Below are positions 15,644-25,118 of a stretch of 64,000 nucleotides of DNA, piece by piece; the first letter of the stretch is position 1; each line of letters starts with the position of its first letter. The stretch lies in the NCBI GenBank assembly GCA_963725455.1, contig CAVRZH010000112.1, forward strand, positions 12,600-76,599, read 5' to 3'. Below the pieces are notes generated by a model that searched no databases, was not told the DNA's origin, and saw nothing but the letters and a program-made list of their open reading frames with translations. Source of the DNA: Bryobacterales bacterium (GTDB taxonomy: Bacteria; Acidobacteriota; Terriglobia; Bryobacterales; Bryobacteraceae). The position numbers and the translations under genes were made by a program.

Positions 15644-17977
15644 ATGAGATCCGCTCTGCGTTCTCTGCGTCACCGGCCGGAGTTCGCCGTGGCCGCGATT
15701 CTCACCATTGCGCTCGGCGTTGGAGCCAACATTGCGCTGTTCAGTGTCATCTATGCGGTGCTGATTCAGCCTCTGCCCTTTCGCGATCCCGGCAAGTTAG
15801 TCCGGATCTGGGAGACCCATCCAGCGTTGCCTCAGTTGCAGGTGGCCGTGCCCGATTTTCGCGACTGGCGAAGTCAAGCTCGTAGCGTTGATGCGATGGC
15901 CGCACATACTGCCTCGGCCATGAATACCGTTACGCTGCTGGGGCGCGGTCAGCCGGAGATGGTTCATGGCGCCATGGCGACCAGCGATCTGTTCTCCACT
16001 ATGGGCATTCAACCGATTATGGGACGGGACTTCAGCGACGCCGAAGAACGGGCGAAGCGGCATGTCGCGGTCATCGGCGAAACCTTGTGGCGGCGGAAGT
16101 TCGCGGCTGATCCAGCAATTGTCGGCAAGCAGATTCGTCTCGATAAGGAATCGTTCACGGTTGTGGGAGTTGTATCGCAGCGCCAGGCCTTTCCCAGCTG
16201 GGCGGACTTCTGGATGCCGCTGTCGCTGATCGGCTCCGATTATCAGGATCACCGCAAGTATCACCCGCTCGAAGTAGTCGCGCGCCTGAAGCCGGGTGTG
16301 ACGGCGGAGCAGGCGCAGATCGAAATTCAATCCATAGCGCACAGCTTGGCCCAGGCTTATCCGGATACGAATGCAACCATCGGCGCTTACGCTATTCCGC
16401 TGCAGCGAGAGATGACCAGCGCCATTCGTCCTTCGTTGTTGCTGGCGTGGGCTGCGGTGGGCCTGGTGCTGCTGATGGCGTGCGCTAATCTCGCGCATCT
16501 GTTCCTGGCGCGCATGCTAGAGCGGAGGGATGAAATGGCGATTCGGCAGGCGTTAGGTGCGCAAGCGGGACACCTGATTCGTCAGGTGTTGTCGGAAAGC
16601 CTGCTACTGGCCGCTCTGGGCGGAGCGCTTGGCGTCGGATTAGCGATTGGCGCGGGACAGCTCCTGCCTTCCGAGCCGAAGGCTTGGCAAGCCCCTGTTT
16701 GGCTATTTGCGATCGCGATTTCGGCCGCGGTTGGGGTACTGTTCGGCTTGCCCGCGTGCTGGCATGTTTTGCGCGAACGACGCAGTCTCACAGCTTCCAC
16801 CAGGTCGGTGGCACGCGGCCGTTCGCGCCTTGGGGCGGCGCTTTTGGCGGCCGAGGTCGCCATGGCTTTTCTGGTTCTGGCCGGTACTACGCTCCTCGCA
16901 CGCAGCTTCGCTGCTTTACTCGATGAAGCTTCCGGTTTTCAGTCTGAGCGCGTGCTCGAAATCCCGAATCTTCCGCTACGCCCGGATTGGGACAAGTCTC
17001 TCCTTCCGGCTTTACGGCGTATTCGGGGGGTTCAAGCTGTAGCTGCGGTAAATTCCGCTCCCATGACTTTGGGACCCGGCGAGCAGAGCCGCTTCGCCAC
17101 GCGTTTCGGGATTGAAGGCAGAACGTTCGACTCCGGCAGTTACCCGGTGGCGCAGACGCGACTGGTAACGCCGGACTATTTTCACGTACTCGGAATCCCT
17201 TTGCTGCGCGGAAATTGGCTCACGGACTCCCGAGCGGACCAGAACCGCATGCTGATTAATGAAACCCTGGCCCGCCGCTTCTTCGGAAACCGAAACCCCG
17301 TGGGACGGCGCCTGATCTTTGGAGTCATGGATCCGCAACAGAGTTCGAGCGAAATCGCGGGTGTTGTCGGCGACGTCCGGGATTTAGGATTGGACCAGGA
17401 AGTGGAGCCGACGTTTTATGCCATTTCCTCCGGAACGGCAATGACCCTTCTCGTCAAGACTGCTGCCGAGCCAATGCAGTTCGCGCCCATGGTTCGGGAC
17501 ACGATCCAAGCCAGCGACCCGGAAATGCCGATATCGAAGATCCAGCCGCTTTCTCAGAACGTCGCTGATTCCCTAGCCCGGCGTCGTTTTGCGCTCCTGC
17601 TTCTCGGCATATTCGGGGCAATGGCTGCGTTGCTCACCGCGGCCGGTGTATACGGTCTGCTCGCCTATTCAGTGAGCGTGCGAGTGCGCGAGTTCGGTGT
17701 GCGGGGAGCAGTAGGCGCGTCGCGTGGTGATCTGGTCGCGATGATCCTGCGGGAGGCGGCGACGCTCACGGCCCCAGGACTCGCTCTCGGTCTGGCACTC
17801 GCCTTGGCTTTCTCCAGCCTGATGAAGAGCTTCGTTTACCGGCTCTCGCCTCTCGATCCCTGGTCGCTTGCGAGTGCGGCGGGTTTCCTCATTCTACTGA
17901 CTCTCATAGCGGCGCTGATACCGGCGCGCCGGGCTGCGGCGGTGGAGCTGGCCACTGCGCTCCGAGCGGACAATTAA
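15644..17977 (+). CDS. ADOP-type duplicated FtsX/MacB-like ABC permease (acidobacterial duplicated orphan permease)
   Basis: 777 aa. The N-terminus LRSLRHRPEFAVAAILTIALGVGANIALFSVIYAVLIQPLPFRDPGKLVRIW is the typical ADOP/MacB start. There are two FtsX-like TM bundles separated by periplasmic domains, and no adjacent ATPase gene. Confidence 0.85.
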   Translation: MRSALRSLRHRPEFAVAAILTIALGVGANIALFSVIYAVLIQPLPFRDPGKLVRIWETHPALPQLQVAVPDFRDWRSQARSVDAMAAHTASAMNTVTLLGRGQPEMVHGAMATSDLFSTMGIQPIMGRDFSDAEERAKRHVAVIGETLWRRKFAADPAIVGKQIRLDKESFTVVGVVSQRQAFPSWADFWMPLSLIGSDYQDHRKYHPLEVVARLKPGVTAEQAQIEIQSIAHSLAQAYPDTNATIGAYAIPLQREMTSAIRPSLLLAWAAVGLVLLMACANLAHLFLARMLERRDEMAIRQALGAQAGHLIRQVLSESLLLAALGGALGVGLAIGAGQLLPSEPKAWQAPVWLFAIAISAAVGVLFGLPACWHVLRERRSLTASTRSVARGRSRLGAALLAAEVAMAFLVLAGTTLLARSFAALLDEASGFQSERVLEIPNLPLRPDWDKSLLPALRRIRGVQAVAAVNSAPMTLGPGEQSRFATRFGIEGRTFDSGSYPVAQTRLVTPDYFHVLGIPLLRGNWLTDSRADQNRMLINETLARRFFGNRNPVGRRLIFGVMDPQQSSSEIAGVVGDVRDLGLDQEVEPTFYAISSGTAMTLLVKTAAEPMQFAPMVRDTIQASDPEMPISKIQPLSQNVADSLARRRFALLLLGIFGAMAALLTAAGVYGLLAYSVSVRVREFGVRGAVGASRGDLVAMILREAATLTAPGLALGLALALAFSSLMKSFVYRLSPLDPWSLASAAGFLILLTLIAALIPARRAAAVELATALRADN

Positions 17978-17991
17978 GTACAATACCAGCC

Positions 17992-18873
17992 ATGCGACGC
18001 AGAGAATTCGTTAGCGCGGCTGCCCTGGTCGGCGCCGCTACCGTTGCCGGCACCCAGGCAAGTGCCCAGGCCGGAACACCGGTTCCCAGCAAGGGACGCC
18101 TCAAACAATGCGTCACTGGGTTCCCGTTCGATCCCAAAATGCCGCTCGAAGACCGTTGCCGGGAGGCCGCGCGGCTGGGGTGCGTTGGCTACGATCTGAT
18201 TGGTCCCAAGGACTGGCCGACGCTGAAGAAATATGGCTTGATTCCAACCATGGCGCCGACGGGTGGCGTCACTATGGAGAACGGAATCATCCACAAAGAG
18301 ACCCACGAAAAGTTTCTGGCCTTGCTTGGCCCGGCCATCGATGAATGCGCAGCCGCCGGATGCCCCAATATTATTACGGTGGGTGGCCAGCGCAAAGGCA
18401 TGCCGGACGCGGAAGGCGCCGACAACGCGGTTGAATTCCTGAATCGGATCAAGTCGCGCGCCGAGGACAAGGGCGTCACCATCTGCATCGAAGTGATGAA
18501 CAGTATCCTTCAGGACCCGGGCCTTGGCAGAAAGGACCAGATGTGCGACCACATGGCTTGGGCCGTCAATGTGGTGCAACGCGTAAACTCACCACGGGTG
18601 AAGATCCTCTACGACATTTATCATGCCCAGATCATGGACGGCGATATCTGCCGCCACATCCAGGAAAACTTCCAGTGGATCGCGCATTTCCACACCGGCG
18701 GCGTGCCGGGCCGGCACGAGATCGACGATACGCAAGAGCTGAATTACCGGTTTATTGCGAAAACGATCGCTGATTTGGGATACAGCGGCTACATCGCGCA
18801 TGAATTCCGTCCGTCGGCCGGCCGCGATCCGCTCGAGAGTTTGAAGCAGGCCATCGAAATTATCACGGTGTAA
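17992..18873 (+). CDS. Xylose isomerase-like TIM-barrel protein (hydroxypyruvate isomerase family) with Tat-type signal
   Basis: MRRREFVSAAALVGAATVAG is a twin-arginine signal. IEVMN, ILYDIYHAQIMDGD and HFHTGGVPGRHE are typical of AP_endonuc_2 / hydroxypyruvate isomerase-like proteins. Confidence 0.8.
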   Translation: MRRREFVSAAALVGAATVAGTQASAQAGTPVPSKGRLKQCVTGFPFDPKMPLEDRCREAARLGCVGYDLIGPKDWPTLKKYGLIPTMAPTGGVTMENGIIHKETHEKFLALLGPAIDECAAAGCPNIITVGGQRKGMPDAEGADNAVEFLNRIKSRAEDKGVTICIEVMNSILQDPGLGRKDQMCDHMAWAVNVVQRVNSPRVKILYDIYHAQIMDGDICRHIQENFQWIAHFHTGGVPGRHEIDDTQELNYRFIAKTIADLGYSGYIAHEFRPSAGRDPLESLKQAIEIITV

Positions 18874-20506
18874 CGGAGGCTGGCGGCGCGTTTGTTCCAT
18901 TGGGCGCCGGGACGGCCGCCGGCGCGTAACTGATGGTAGCCTGGGTAGGCACCGCCAGCGCGGTGCCCGCGGCTTCCACTGCGTCCAGGATTGCCAGGAA
19001 CAGATCCTGCTGGATCTTATTGAACTCATCGCCATCCAGGGTGCGAACGTACATAAATATTTCGATATCCAGCGAATATGTGCCGATTCCCACGAAACGA
19101 ACCGGCATGGGTCCGGTTTCGAATTTTGCATTATCTTTGAGCAGTTTGGTGAGGGATTGAAGCAGCGTCCTCACTTGATCGGGCGTGGTGTTTCGGCGGA
19201 GATTGAGGACCACGTGGAAAAGCGTCTTATCCTTGCGGTCGAAATTTTCGAGCGTCATGGTGGAGAACGAACCATTGGGGACGGTGACCAGCGTTCGATC
19301 CAGCGTGCGAACACGGGTGGAGCGCAGGCCGATGTCTTCCACGGTACCCGTGGTGGTGCCGAACTTGCAAAAGTCACCAACCGAAACAGGCCGGTCACTA
19401 ATTACCGCGACGCTGCCGAAGAGATTCTCAATGGTCTTTTGAGACGCCAGGGCCAGGGCTACGCCACCGATGCCGAGCCCCGCCAGAAGCGTAGTTGTGT
19501 TGTATCCCCATGCAGTGAGTAGCGCTGCAACTATGAGCGCGAACAGCACAATCTTCGCGATTCGTCCGGAGAGCGGCAGAACCGAATACGAGAATGCCCG
19601 GTGTTTTGCTTCCAGGCGTGTGCGAAGATGCCGCACGATGGCGTCGATGATGACGGCGCAGAGCCAGAATATGCCCCAGAAGAACAGCAGCGCGAGAACG
19701 CGGCCTAAGTAAAGCCGCAGCAGCGCCGAAGGTTCAAACCATTCCATGCCCGCGCGAAAAAGGGAGACCGAAAGCAGCAGGCGGAGGGGCCCAAGAAAAG
19801 TTTGCAGCAGGCTGAGGTCCCAGGTGGGCGCTAAGCGCTTGACTACTTGTTGCGTCAGCCACAGGGCCACGCGCGAGAGCAATTTTGAAAACGCCGCCAA
19901 CGCAAAAGCCAATAAAACCAGTCCGATCCAGCGCCACACCGGAGTGCCGATCAATTGGAAGTTAACCAGCGGAAGAGGCAGGTGCCGCTCGATCGCGGAG
20001 TTGTCGGTCATCTGGGCAATCTCTGGGATATTGGCGATGCTGTCGGAAGAAAACAGCCAGACGCGGAGTCCCGAATGCAACGTCACTCGTTCCAGATCCA
20101 GTTCAAGTGTTTTGCCATTTACGTGAAACGTATCCACTCGATCGCGGTTCGGCGCAAGATTATCGGCGACATCGCCTTCCGGGCTGCGGCTGAGATTGCC
20201 GACGTCGAATTGGGTGTCGCGGTCCAGAATTGTTTCCAGCTCGCGCGCCAGTTCGGTCCCTCCCGCGAGCCGCCGATCCTCCGGCATGCTGCGGAGATCC
20301 AGGTATCGCCACGCCTTGGCATAGTTGTGGGCGTGGGCGGCTTCAAGAAACGCGACGACGGAGCTTTGTGGAGAATCACGATCCAGTGGGTCAGTGTTCG
20401 CGGATGGGCTGGCTGGTTTGGCGGATGGCAGGATTTGTGCGGAGGCGCCGAAGCTGAAGAGCAGAAGGCAAAAGACAGTCCGAGCGTTCTTCATGGTAGG
20501 CACCAA
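18863..20506 (-). CDS. Mechanosensitive ion channel (MscS family) with N-terminal periplasmic domain
   Basis: Signal peptide, several TM helices and the MscS core GSVAVISDRPVSVGDFCKFGTTTGTVEDIGLRSTRVRTLDRTLVTVPNGSF. Confidence 0.85.
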   Translation of the reverse strand: MVPTMKNARTVFCLLLFSFGASAQILPSAKPASPSANTDPLDRDSPQSSVVAFLEAAHAHNYAKAWRYLDLRSMPEDRRLAGGTELARELETILDRDTQFDVGNLSRSPEGDVADNLAPNRDRVDTFHVNGKTLELDLERVTLHSGLRVWLFSSDSIANIPEIAQMTDNSAIERHLPLPLVNFQLIGTPVWRWIGLVLLAFALAAFSKLLSRVALWLTQQVVKRLAPTWDLSLLQTFLGPLRLLLSVSLFRAGMEWFEPSALLRLYLGRVLALLFFWGIFWLCAVIIDAIVRHLRTRLEAKHRAFSYSVLPLSGRIAKIVLFALIVAALLTAWGYNTTTLLAGLGIGGVALALASQKTIENLFGSVAVISDRPVSVGDFCKFGTTTGTVEDIGLRSTRVRTLDRTLVTVPNGSFSTMTLENFDRKDKTLFHVVLNLRRNTTPDQVRTLLQSLTKLLKDNAKFETGPMPVRFVGIGTYSLDIEIFMYVRTLDGDEFNKIQQDLFLAILDAVEAAGTALAVPTQATISYAPAAVPAPNGTNAPPASVTP

Positions 20507-20541
20507 TATTGCACGTTAGCGGCCACGAATATTTGTAACGG

Positions 20542-21102
20542 TTAGAGGCTGGCTAATACCGACGAAGAAGTGGTTAAGCGTCCGCCGGCCCTTGCGAATT
20601 CGGCGAACATATCGCTGGCCTTTTGTTCATCCAGAGCTTTGACCGCATCGGTCACAATCTCCACCGGTTTGCCCGTTTTGAGCAGGCCAAAGGCGGCATA
20701 CCGCACGCAGATTTCGGTGACCACGCCGTAGACGACGTAGCGATCGGCGTTGAGTTGCGCAAGCAGCGGCTCCAGATGCGGACTGCTGAAGCAATCGAGC
20801 TGTTGTTTTTCCAGGATCCACTGGCGAACCCCTTCGGGTGAGCCTGGAACCGTCGCGCGCCGGTCCAGCAACGTGATGGCGGGCTTATGCTGCCCTGTGG
20901 TCCCGACCACGCAATGGTGCGGATAAATCTGAAATTCGGGATCGTCTTCGGAGTGTGCATCCATGGTGGACACGACCACGGGCGCGCAGCGATTCAGCGC
21001 GCCGACTATGGGGAGAATGTGCTCGGCGCGCGGCACGTAAAGCGAGCCGGCCGGATAAACGAAATCAATCTGCGTGTCGATGTCGAAGAAGACCGTTTTC
21101 AT
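20542..21102 (-). CDS. pncA: Isochorismatase-family hydrolase, probable nicotinamidase
   Basis: Contains KTVFFDIDTQIDF (catalytic Asp region) and VVTEICVRYAAF (catalytic Cys region). It sits directly downstream of, and overlapping, the nicotinate phosphoribosyltransferase gene. Confidence 0.7.
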   Translation of the reverse strand: MKTVFFDIDTQIDFVYPAGSLYVPRAEHILPIVGALNRCAPVVVSTMDAHSEDDPEFQIYPHHCVVGTTGQHKPAITLLDRRATVPGSPEGVRQWILEKQQLDCFSSPHLEPLLAQLNADRYVVYGVVTEICVRYAAFGLLKTGKPVEIVTDAVKALDEQKASDMFAEFARAGGRLTTSSSVLASL

Positions 21103-22411
21103 CCTGGACCTTTTCGTACAGCTTCATCAGCTCATGGCTCTGGTCGACGCTATATTCCTGGCCGATATCGAACAGGCTGCGGACGGCGGTGGGCAATCGC
21201 TTTACGCACTCGGCGGCGTACTGCCGCGCGGCGCCGGCGGTAGGCAAAGGCTCGATCAACTTTCCGCCCAACATTACGGGACGCAGCAATGCTTTCGCCT
21301 CCGGTTCGTCGGGGCCGCAGCCCAGGCACTCCCAGGAGCAAGCGATCACGTCATGAGAAGCGAATCGAAACACTTGCTTCGCGCCCGGGAGCGTGTGTTT
21401 ATCTTCGCTGAATTTGGCGGTGAAGCGGCCGTTGAGTTCCACCAGTTTGTAGACCACGCCAAGGTGCGGCGAGTCAGCCGATGTGGCCAGATCGGTGCCC
21501 ACTCCAAAAGCGTCGATGGGCGCGCCGGCGGCCGCGAATTCCAGGATCTTGTATTCATTCAGATCGCTGGTGGCCATGATTTTGGCGGTCTTCAATCCAG
21601 CGTCGTCCAGGATCCGGCGCACCTGGCGCGAGAGCTCCACCAGGTTGCCGCTGTCCAGACGCACGCCCCACAATGGCTGGCCGAGCGCGGCGGCGGATCG
21701 TGCTCCTTCCAGAGTGTCGTAGGTGTCGATCAAATACGCGGTGGCATCGCCGAGAAGATTCTGGAGCCGCTGAAAGGCCTCCATCTCCGTGGCAAAGGAC
21801 TGCACCCAGGAGTGCGCCGCGGTTCCAAAAACAGGAATGCCGTAGCGGAATCCGGTTTCAGTATTGCTGGTGCCGATGCAGCCGCCAATGTAGGACGCCC
21901 GTCCGGCCAGAACGCCCGCTTCCGCGGAATGCGCCCGCCGCGCACCGAAATCGACCACTGCCCGGCCGCCCGCCACCTCCACGATGCGCGATGCTTTGGT
22001 GGCCACCAGTGATTGAAATCCAATGGTGGCGAGCAGATATGTTTCGGCGATCTGCGCTTCCATCAATGGCGCGCGAACGGTGAGAAACGGTTCATTGGCG
22101 AAGATGGGCGTGCCTTCGGGCATGGCGAAAAGATCGCCCGTGAAATGGAGTTGGCGCAGTGCATCGAAGAAACCGCCCGACACGCGGCGGAATTGGGGCA
22201 GTCCGCGCAGATAATCGATTTCCTCGTCCGTGAACTTTAGATTCAGGAGATAGTCGACGGCTTGCGCCAGGCCCGCCGCCACAACGTAATTACGATATCT
22301 GGGCAGGCGGCGGAAAAAGAGCTCGAAGGTGGCGTTTTCCGTTGTTTTGCCGGCTTCGAAGTAACCGGCCGCCATGGTGAGCTGGTAGAGGTCGGTCAGG
22401 AGGCCTGTCAC
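21065..22411 (-). CDS. pncB: Nicotinate phosphoribosyltransferase
   Basis: The N-terminus LLTDLYQLTMAAGYFEAGK and the core GTSNTETGFRYGIPVFGTAAHSW are hallmark NAPRTase sequences. Confidence 0.85.
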   Translation of the reverse strand: MTGLLTDLYQLTMAAGYFEAGKTTENATFELFFRRLPRYRNYVVAAGLAQAVDYLLNLKFTDEEIDYLRGLPQFRRVSGGFFDALRQLHFTGDLFAMPEGTPIFANEPFLTVRAPLMEAQIAETYLLATIGFQSLVATKASRIVEVAGGRAVVDFGARRAHSAEAGVLAGRASYIGGCIGTSNTETGFRYGIPVFGTAAHSWVQSFATEMEAFQRLQNLLGDATAYLIDTYDTLEGARSAAALGQPLWGVRLDSGNLVELSRQVRRILDDAGLKTAKIMATSDLNEYKILEFAAAGAPIDAFGVGTDLATSADSPHLGVVYKLVELNGRFTAKFSEDKHTLPGAKQVFRFASHDVIACSWECLGCGPDEPEAKALLRPVMLGGKLIEPLPTAGAARQYAAECVKRLPTAVRSLFDIGQEYSVDQSHELMKLYEKVQDENGLLRHRHAD

Positions 22412-22454
22412 TCACTGTATTCTATCAACCGCTTACTAACGTGCGTGGCCCGGT

Positions 22455-23756
22455 TTAGCGTGCGGCTCCGTCGGCGGCGGCTTTGAGCGCCAGTCCCATG
22501 GCCACCGATGTGAACTCGTTGCCGGTCTTGATCCGTTCCCGGCCGAACCGCAGGTCGAAGATTCGCCGGACGGCAGGAACCAGAGACGAACCACCCGTCA
22601 GGAATACCATGTCGACATCGCGCGCGTGGATGCCGGAGGATTTTAGCAGGTCATCCACACAGGTCTCGATCAGAGCCAGCTCTTCTGAGATCCACTCTTC
22701 GAAATCCCGGCGCTCGACCACGGAGTTCAGTTTGACGGCGCCATCGGAGAACGTGAATTGCGCGGTCTCCTGGTTCGACAAATCGACTTTGGTCCGCTGA
22801 ATGGCACGGTGAAGCTGGTAGCCAAGATCTTCTTCGACAAGATCGATGAGCGCCTCTATCATTTCAGGATGGAATGCCTGGGTTTTGACACTCCGCAGCA
22901 TGTTCATCACTTCCCTGGTGCGCAGGAAAGACAAGTGATGCCATCGTTCGAGCTTGAAATAAACCCAGTTAGGGACCGGGAGGACCTTGTTCATGGATCG
23001 CATTTCGGATCCGGCTCCCAGCGCCGGCGAGACGATGTGACGAATCATTTTGGAATCGAATGAGTCGCCCGCCAGCCCAATTCCAGCGTTGCCGAGCAAA
23101 TCTTTTGGCGACCTGCCACGACGCCGTATGCCCGGTCCAACCCGCAGCAGTGAAAAGTCACTGGTGCCGCCTCCGAAATCGCCGATCAGGATGAGTTCGT
23201 CATGATTCAAAGTGGATTCGTAATAGTGCGCGGCCGCAACCGGCTCAAGCTCAAAACTGACGGATTCAAAACCCGCTAGGTGGAAGGCTATTTCCAGACG
23301 TCCCTGCGCGTACTGATCGTCTTCGTCCGTCTCCGCGCCGACGAAGTGGACCGGCCGCCCAGCGACGGCGTGCCGGATACTGTTTCCAAATTGACGTTCG
23401 GCCTTCTCGCGGAGGTCCGAGAGAATGCACGCGATCAAAGCCTCCAGAGTCCGCCGCTGACCAAAGACCTCGGTAGTCTGGAGGGTGCGGCTGCTGAGAA
23501 ACGACTTCATCGATTGGATCAAGCGGCCTTTGTGATCGGCTCCCAGATAGTGCGCGATGCCTTCCGGGCCGGTCCAGGGCTTGATCAGGACTTTATTCTG
23601 CTGCTTAATCTGTTCCAGGTAAAGTAGAGACCGGTACGAATCAGTAAGGCCGCCATCAAAGGGGAAGCTCGCCAGCGTGACGCCGGAACCCGGTAGGGCG
23701 CGCGCGATGGAGCTATTGGTGGTGCCGAAATCGATACCGATCGCGACGTCCGTCAT
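22455..23756 (-). CDS. Hsp70-family actin-fold ATPase, YegD-like
   Basis: IGIDFGTTNSS, LIGDFGGGTSDFSL and VFLTGGSSLVPAVR are the phosphate-1, phosphate-2 and adenosine motifs. The 433-aa protein lacks the Hsp70 substrate-binding domain. Confidence 0.85.
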   Translation of the reverse strand: MTDVAIGIDFGTTNSSIARALPGSGVTLASFPFDGGLTDSYRSLLYLEQIKQQNKVLIKPWTGPEGIAHYLGADHKGRLIQSMKSFLSSRTLQTTEVFGQRRTLEALIACILSDLREKAERQFGNSIRHAVAGRPVHFVGAETDEDDQYAQGRLEIAFHLAGFESVSFELEPVAAAHYYESTLNHDELILIGDFGGGTSDFSLLRVGPGIRRRGRSPKDLLGNAGIGLAGDSFDSKMIRHIVSPALGAGSEMRSMNKVLPVPNWVYFKLERWHHLSFLRTREVMNMLRSVKTQAFHPEMIEALIDLVEEDLGYQLHRAIQRTKVDLSNQETAQFTFSDGAVKLNSVVERRDFEEWISEELALIETCVDDLLKSSGIHARDVDMVFLTGGSSLVPAVRRIFDLRFGRERIKTGNEFTSVAMGLALKAAADGAAR

Positions 23757-23771
23757 GACCGGTTTCGCGGT

Positions 23772-25094
23772 CTACTTCTTGACCGGCGGCGGAGGCTTCA
23801 CGTCGGAGGCCGCTTGGGAGAGGTCGTTCACAGTCTTCGCATCGAGACCATACAGCGCCGGTTCGTTTTCGCGCTGCGCGACATAGTCCGCGCCCTGCTT
23901 GGCGATCAACAGTTTTTCGGTTAGCTTGCCGCTGTTCGAAACCACTGTGATGTCGATGGTTGGAGCGCCGAGCGTACCGGTATCGATGAACTTACTCGCC
24001 GATAAGTCGCGCAATTTATCGAGGAAGGACTGCACGCTGGTGCTGTCCATCTTCTTGCCGTTCGAGAACCAGTCATCGCCGCCTTTCTGGAAGTCATAGG
24101 TCTTGCCGTTGGCGTGCACCTGGATCTTGCTGGGATCGTTGAATCCGAAGTCGAAGAGCTTCTTGTTGCGGAAATCATCGAGAGATTTGTCGACGCCGGT
24201 GCCCAGATCGGCAGTTACTTTGAAAACGCCCGGCACGGTGCTCGACTTAGCGTAGTAATCGTCCTTATTTTTACGGATATCAATCTGCTGTGTGCCCGAA
24301 GGATCGGTCAGCTTCACGGTGGCAATTTGCATTCCGGAAGCAAACGCGGCGGCGGCTTTCTTCGAGTCGTCGTCGGAAAGCGTCAAGTCCATCTTCGCGT
24401 CCTTCAGCTTCCTCAGCATTTCGTCCACTTGCAAGCCGTCGGTACGCAGAGGCTTGGGCTTCACAATTTGCCATTGATCTTTGTCGCGGCCGAACTCGAT
24501 GTCCTGCTTCTTGGCCATCAGTTCCACGCGGCTCAGCTTGTCCTGATCGAAGGTCAACAGGCGCTTGTCCCGAAGATCGTTAGCGGACTTATCCACTCCA
24601 GTCTTCACGTAGCTCGCCACTGTATACACGCGCGGATTGCCCGCCAGCATGGCGTAGGAACCGCTATTAGTCGGAGTGTCGTCGCCAATCTCGAGTTGAC
24701 TTACCTTGCCGCCTTTCCCGGTAATGTCCACTTCCAGGCTGGGCGTGCTTAACCCATAGGCCGAGAGATTGGAAGCTTTCTCGTCGACGATCCGATCGCC
24801 ACTAACATTGGCAACCGACGCTACTAACTGGCTGGCGGCGTCCTCGTCCGCCGGATAGGGCTTAGGCGCGGTAAGCTGCCACTTACCATCGGTCTTTTGC
24901 AGAACGGTCTCGTCCGCGCCCTTCTTCTTTAAGGCGATTTTAGTGATGTCACCTTCGGTAAGCGCGAGTATCTTGGGTGGGGCGTCGGCGGGAGGTTTAG
25001 CCGCCTCGGCGGCTTTTTCTTTGTTCGAGAAATACAGGCCGACACCCAGCCCGGCTAACAGGACGACAGCAACTAACAAACCACGAAACCGCAT
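23772..25094 (-). CDS. DUF4340-like protein (N-terminal TM anchor, repeated beta-rich modules)
   Basis: Single N-terminal TM (LLVAVVLLAGLGVGLYF). Both size and position (immediately after a GldG-like gene) are typical of DUF4340. This is a context-based call. Confidence 0.65.
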   Translation of the reverse strand: MRFRGLLVAVVLLAGLGVGLYFSNKEKAAEAAKPPADAPPKILALTEGDITKIALKKKGADETVLQKTDGKWQLTAPKPYPADEDAASQLVASVANVSGDRIVDEKASNLSAYGLSTPSLEVDITGKGGKVSQLEIGDDTPTNSGSYAMLAGNPRVYTVASYVKTGVDKSANDLRDKRLLTFDQDKLSRVELMAKKQDIEFGRDKDQWQIVKPKPLRTDGLQVDEMLRKLKDAKMDLTLSDDDSKKAAAAFASGMQIATVKLTDPSGTQQIDIRKNKDDYYAKSSTVPGVFKVTADLGTGVDKSLDDFRNKKLFDFGFNDPSKIQVHANGKTYDFQKGGDDWFSNGKKMDSTSVQSFLDKLRDLSASKFIDTGTLGAPTIDITVVSNSGKLTEKLLIAKQGADYVAQRENEPALYGLDAKTVNDLSQAASDVKPPPPVKK

Positions 25095-25118
25095 TCTTTA
25101 TCTCCTCGGCTATCGCCA

